The notes under the pieces were generated by a model. It was not told where the DNA came from. It ran no database searches and was given only the letters and a program-made list of their open reading frames with translations. A stretch of DNA of 63,938 nt, filler included, from Choristocarpus tenellus KU-1152 (Eukaryota > Protista > Phaeophyceae), in the NCBI GenBank assembly GCA_964200185.2. It is 12 parts of 12 records of this genome, joined end to end, with 100 filler letters (N's around TTAATTAATTAA, not from the genome) between each part and the next. Parts side by side here need not be neighbours in the genome. Positions count along the whole stretch, not along the records: positions 61,095 to 63,938 come from CAXNAD020024257.1; 11 more parts are not named here. The stretch is one strand, 5' to 3'. Of the stretch, positions 63,098 through 63,938 are shown piece after piece. Positions within the stretch are counted from its first letter, which is position 1, and the number at the start of each line of letters is the position of its first letter. A program made the position numbers and the translations under genes.

Positions 63098-63370
63098 TGA
63101 CCAACCAGTGCGACCTCTTCACTACTGATTTCCCGTCCTCTCCCCCCCCCTTTTTTTTTAGATCAACCAATGCGAACCCCTTTCGTCACTGATTTCCAGT
63201 CAAAGCCACTTCGACACTGATTTCCAGTCACCTACAACATCTGTTGACCTAACAGGGCGAACCCACATCCGATGACCAGCCAGTGCGACCCCTTCCCCAC
63301 TGATTTCCAGTCACCCCCCCTATCTGATGACCAACCAGTTCGACTCCTTTCGTCACTGGTTTCCGATCAC
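63098..63370 (+). repeat. Array of ~5 degenerate ~40-bp units (ACCAACCAGTGCGACCCCTTCGTCACTGATTTCCAGTC)
   Basis: Copies begin near 63100, 63163, 63205 (partial), 63275 and 63330. Confidence 0.75.
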
Positions 63371-63868
63371 TACCACAACCTTCAACCCCACTCACCCCCA
63401 CACAACACCACTCCACAATCATCCAAGAACACCCCTTCATCATCCCCTTCATACCGTTCCTTTGAGCTAGAAGACATCTACCCTGCCCGAACTTAACCTT
63501 CCCTCCCTCCCTAAGATCCAAGTCAGTCGTGAGCAAGCGATAGAGTAGGTGGGTGGGAAAGCTTGCTCAGGGTCGTCTTGATCTACCCCTCCTCGCCCTA
63601 CCACACCAGCCCCAGTTTTTCTTTCCAATTCAATACTGGTCAATCCTTCTTCTCTTCTGCCTCCGCCTACCACTCATTTCTTAAACTTCTCTCCTCCTTC
63701 TCTCAACCACTCTGTATTTAACTCTTCGTTCACCCTCTTGGTACATTTTTTTTTCCTGTCCCCACCCTTCCCCTGTGCCCCCAACCAACCAGAATTGTTC
63801 CGCCCACAAAAGTCGGATTACTTCATAAGCCTTACGTTTCCCCCCTGACACATCTACAAAATGTGAGA

Positions 63869-63938
63869 GGCTCGAAATATCTGGGAGGGGGTGGCGGCTG
63901 TCCATTTGGGGTCAATTTTTTCATGTCGCGATTTTTAG
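63869..63938 (+). mobile_element. MITE family A, truncated by window end
   Basis: GGCTCGAAATATCTGGGAGGGGGTGGCGGCTGTCCATTTGGGG. Confidence 0.85.

Noticed and set aside
63320-63370. Hammerhead ribozyme (CTGATGA followed by a stem)
   Set aside because: No GAAA after stem II on the same strand and no stem I/III partners.

Overview
Eukaryotic, intron-rich, repeat-rich DNA. It is most likely from a photosynthetic stramenopile such as a brown alga (inference from bipartite plastid presequences, scattered TTAGGG dimers and the Copia/CRE-type retroelements). The window is not contiguous: 12 contigs are joined by 11 artificial 100-bp linkers (N44-TTAATTAATTAA-N44), so adjacency across linkers is not evidence. 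Host genes I could reconstruct by splicing are a partial PPR protein (6 exons, minus), a complete 205-aa plastid-targeted membrane protein, the first two exons of a cytosolic-type GAPDH with a divergent plastid-targeted gene, a coiled-coil protein, an LPCAT-like acyltransferase 5' end and a long Ser-rich terminal exon. There is also a pseudogenised leishmanolysin (M8) metalloprotease carrying an N-terminal cystine-knot exon, whose signal-peptide plus knottin 5' half survives as an intact inverted copy 3.4 kb away. Mobile DNA includes five Ty1/Copia fragments, two CRE-like non-LTR remnants, a Tc1/IS630 transposase fragment, two MITE families with shared termini and 3-bp TSDs, a Tc1-like MITE and two foldbacks. 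The most unusual items are the knottin/M8 pair and a 9-unit array of a conserved hairpin-forming core with variable spacers (modal period 55 bp) inside a Copia-derived element. No rRNA, tRNA, cas genes or true CRISPR array is supported.
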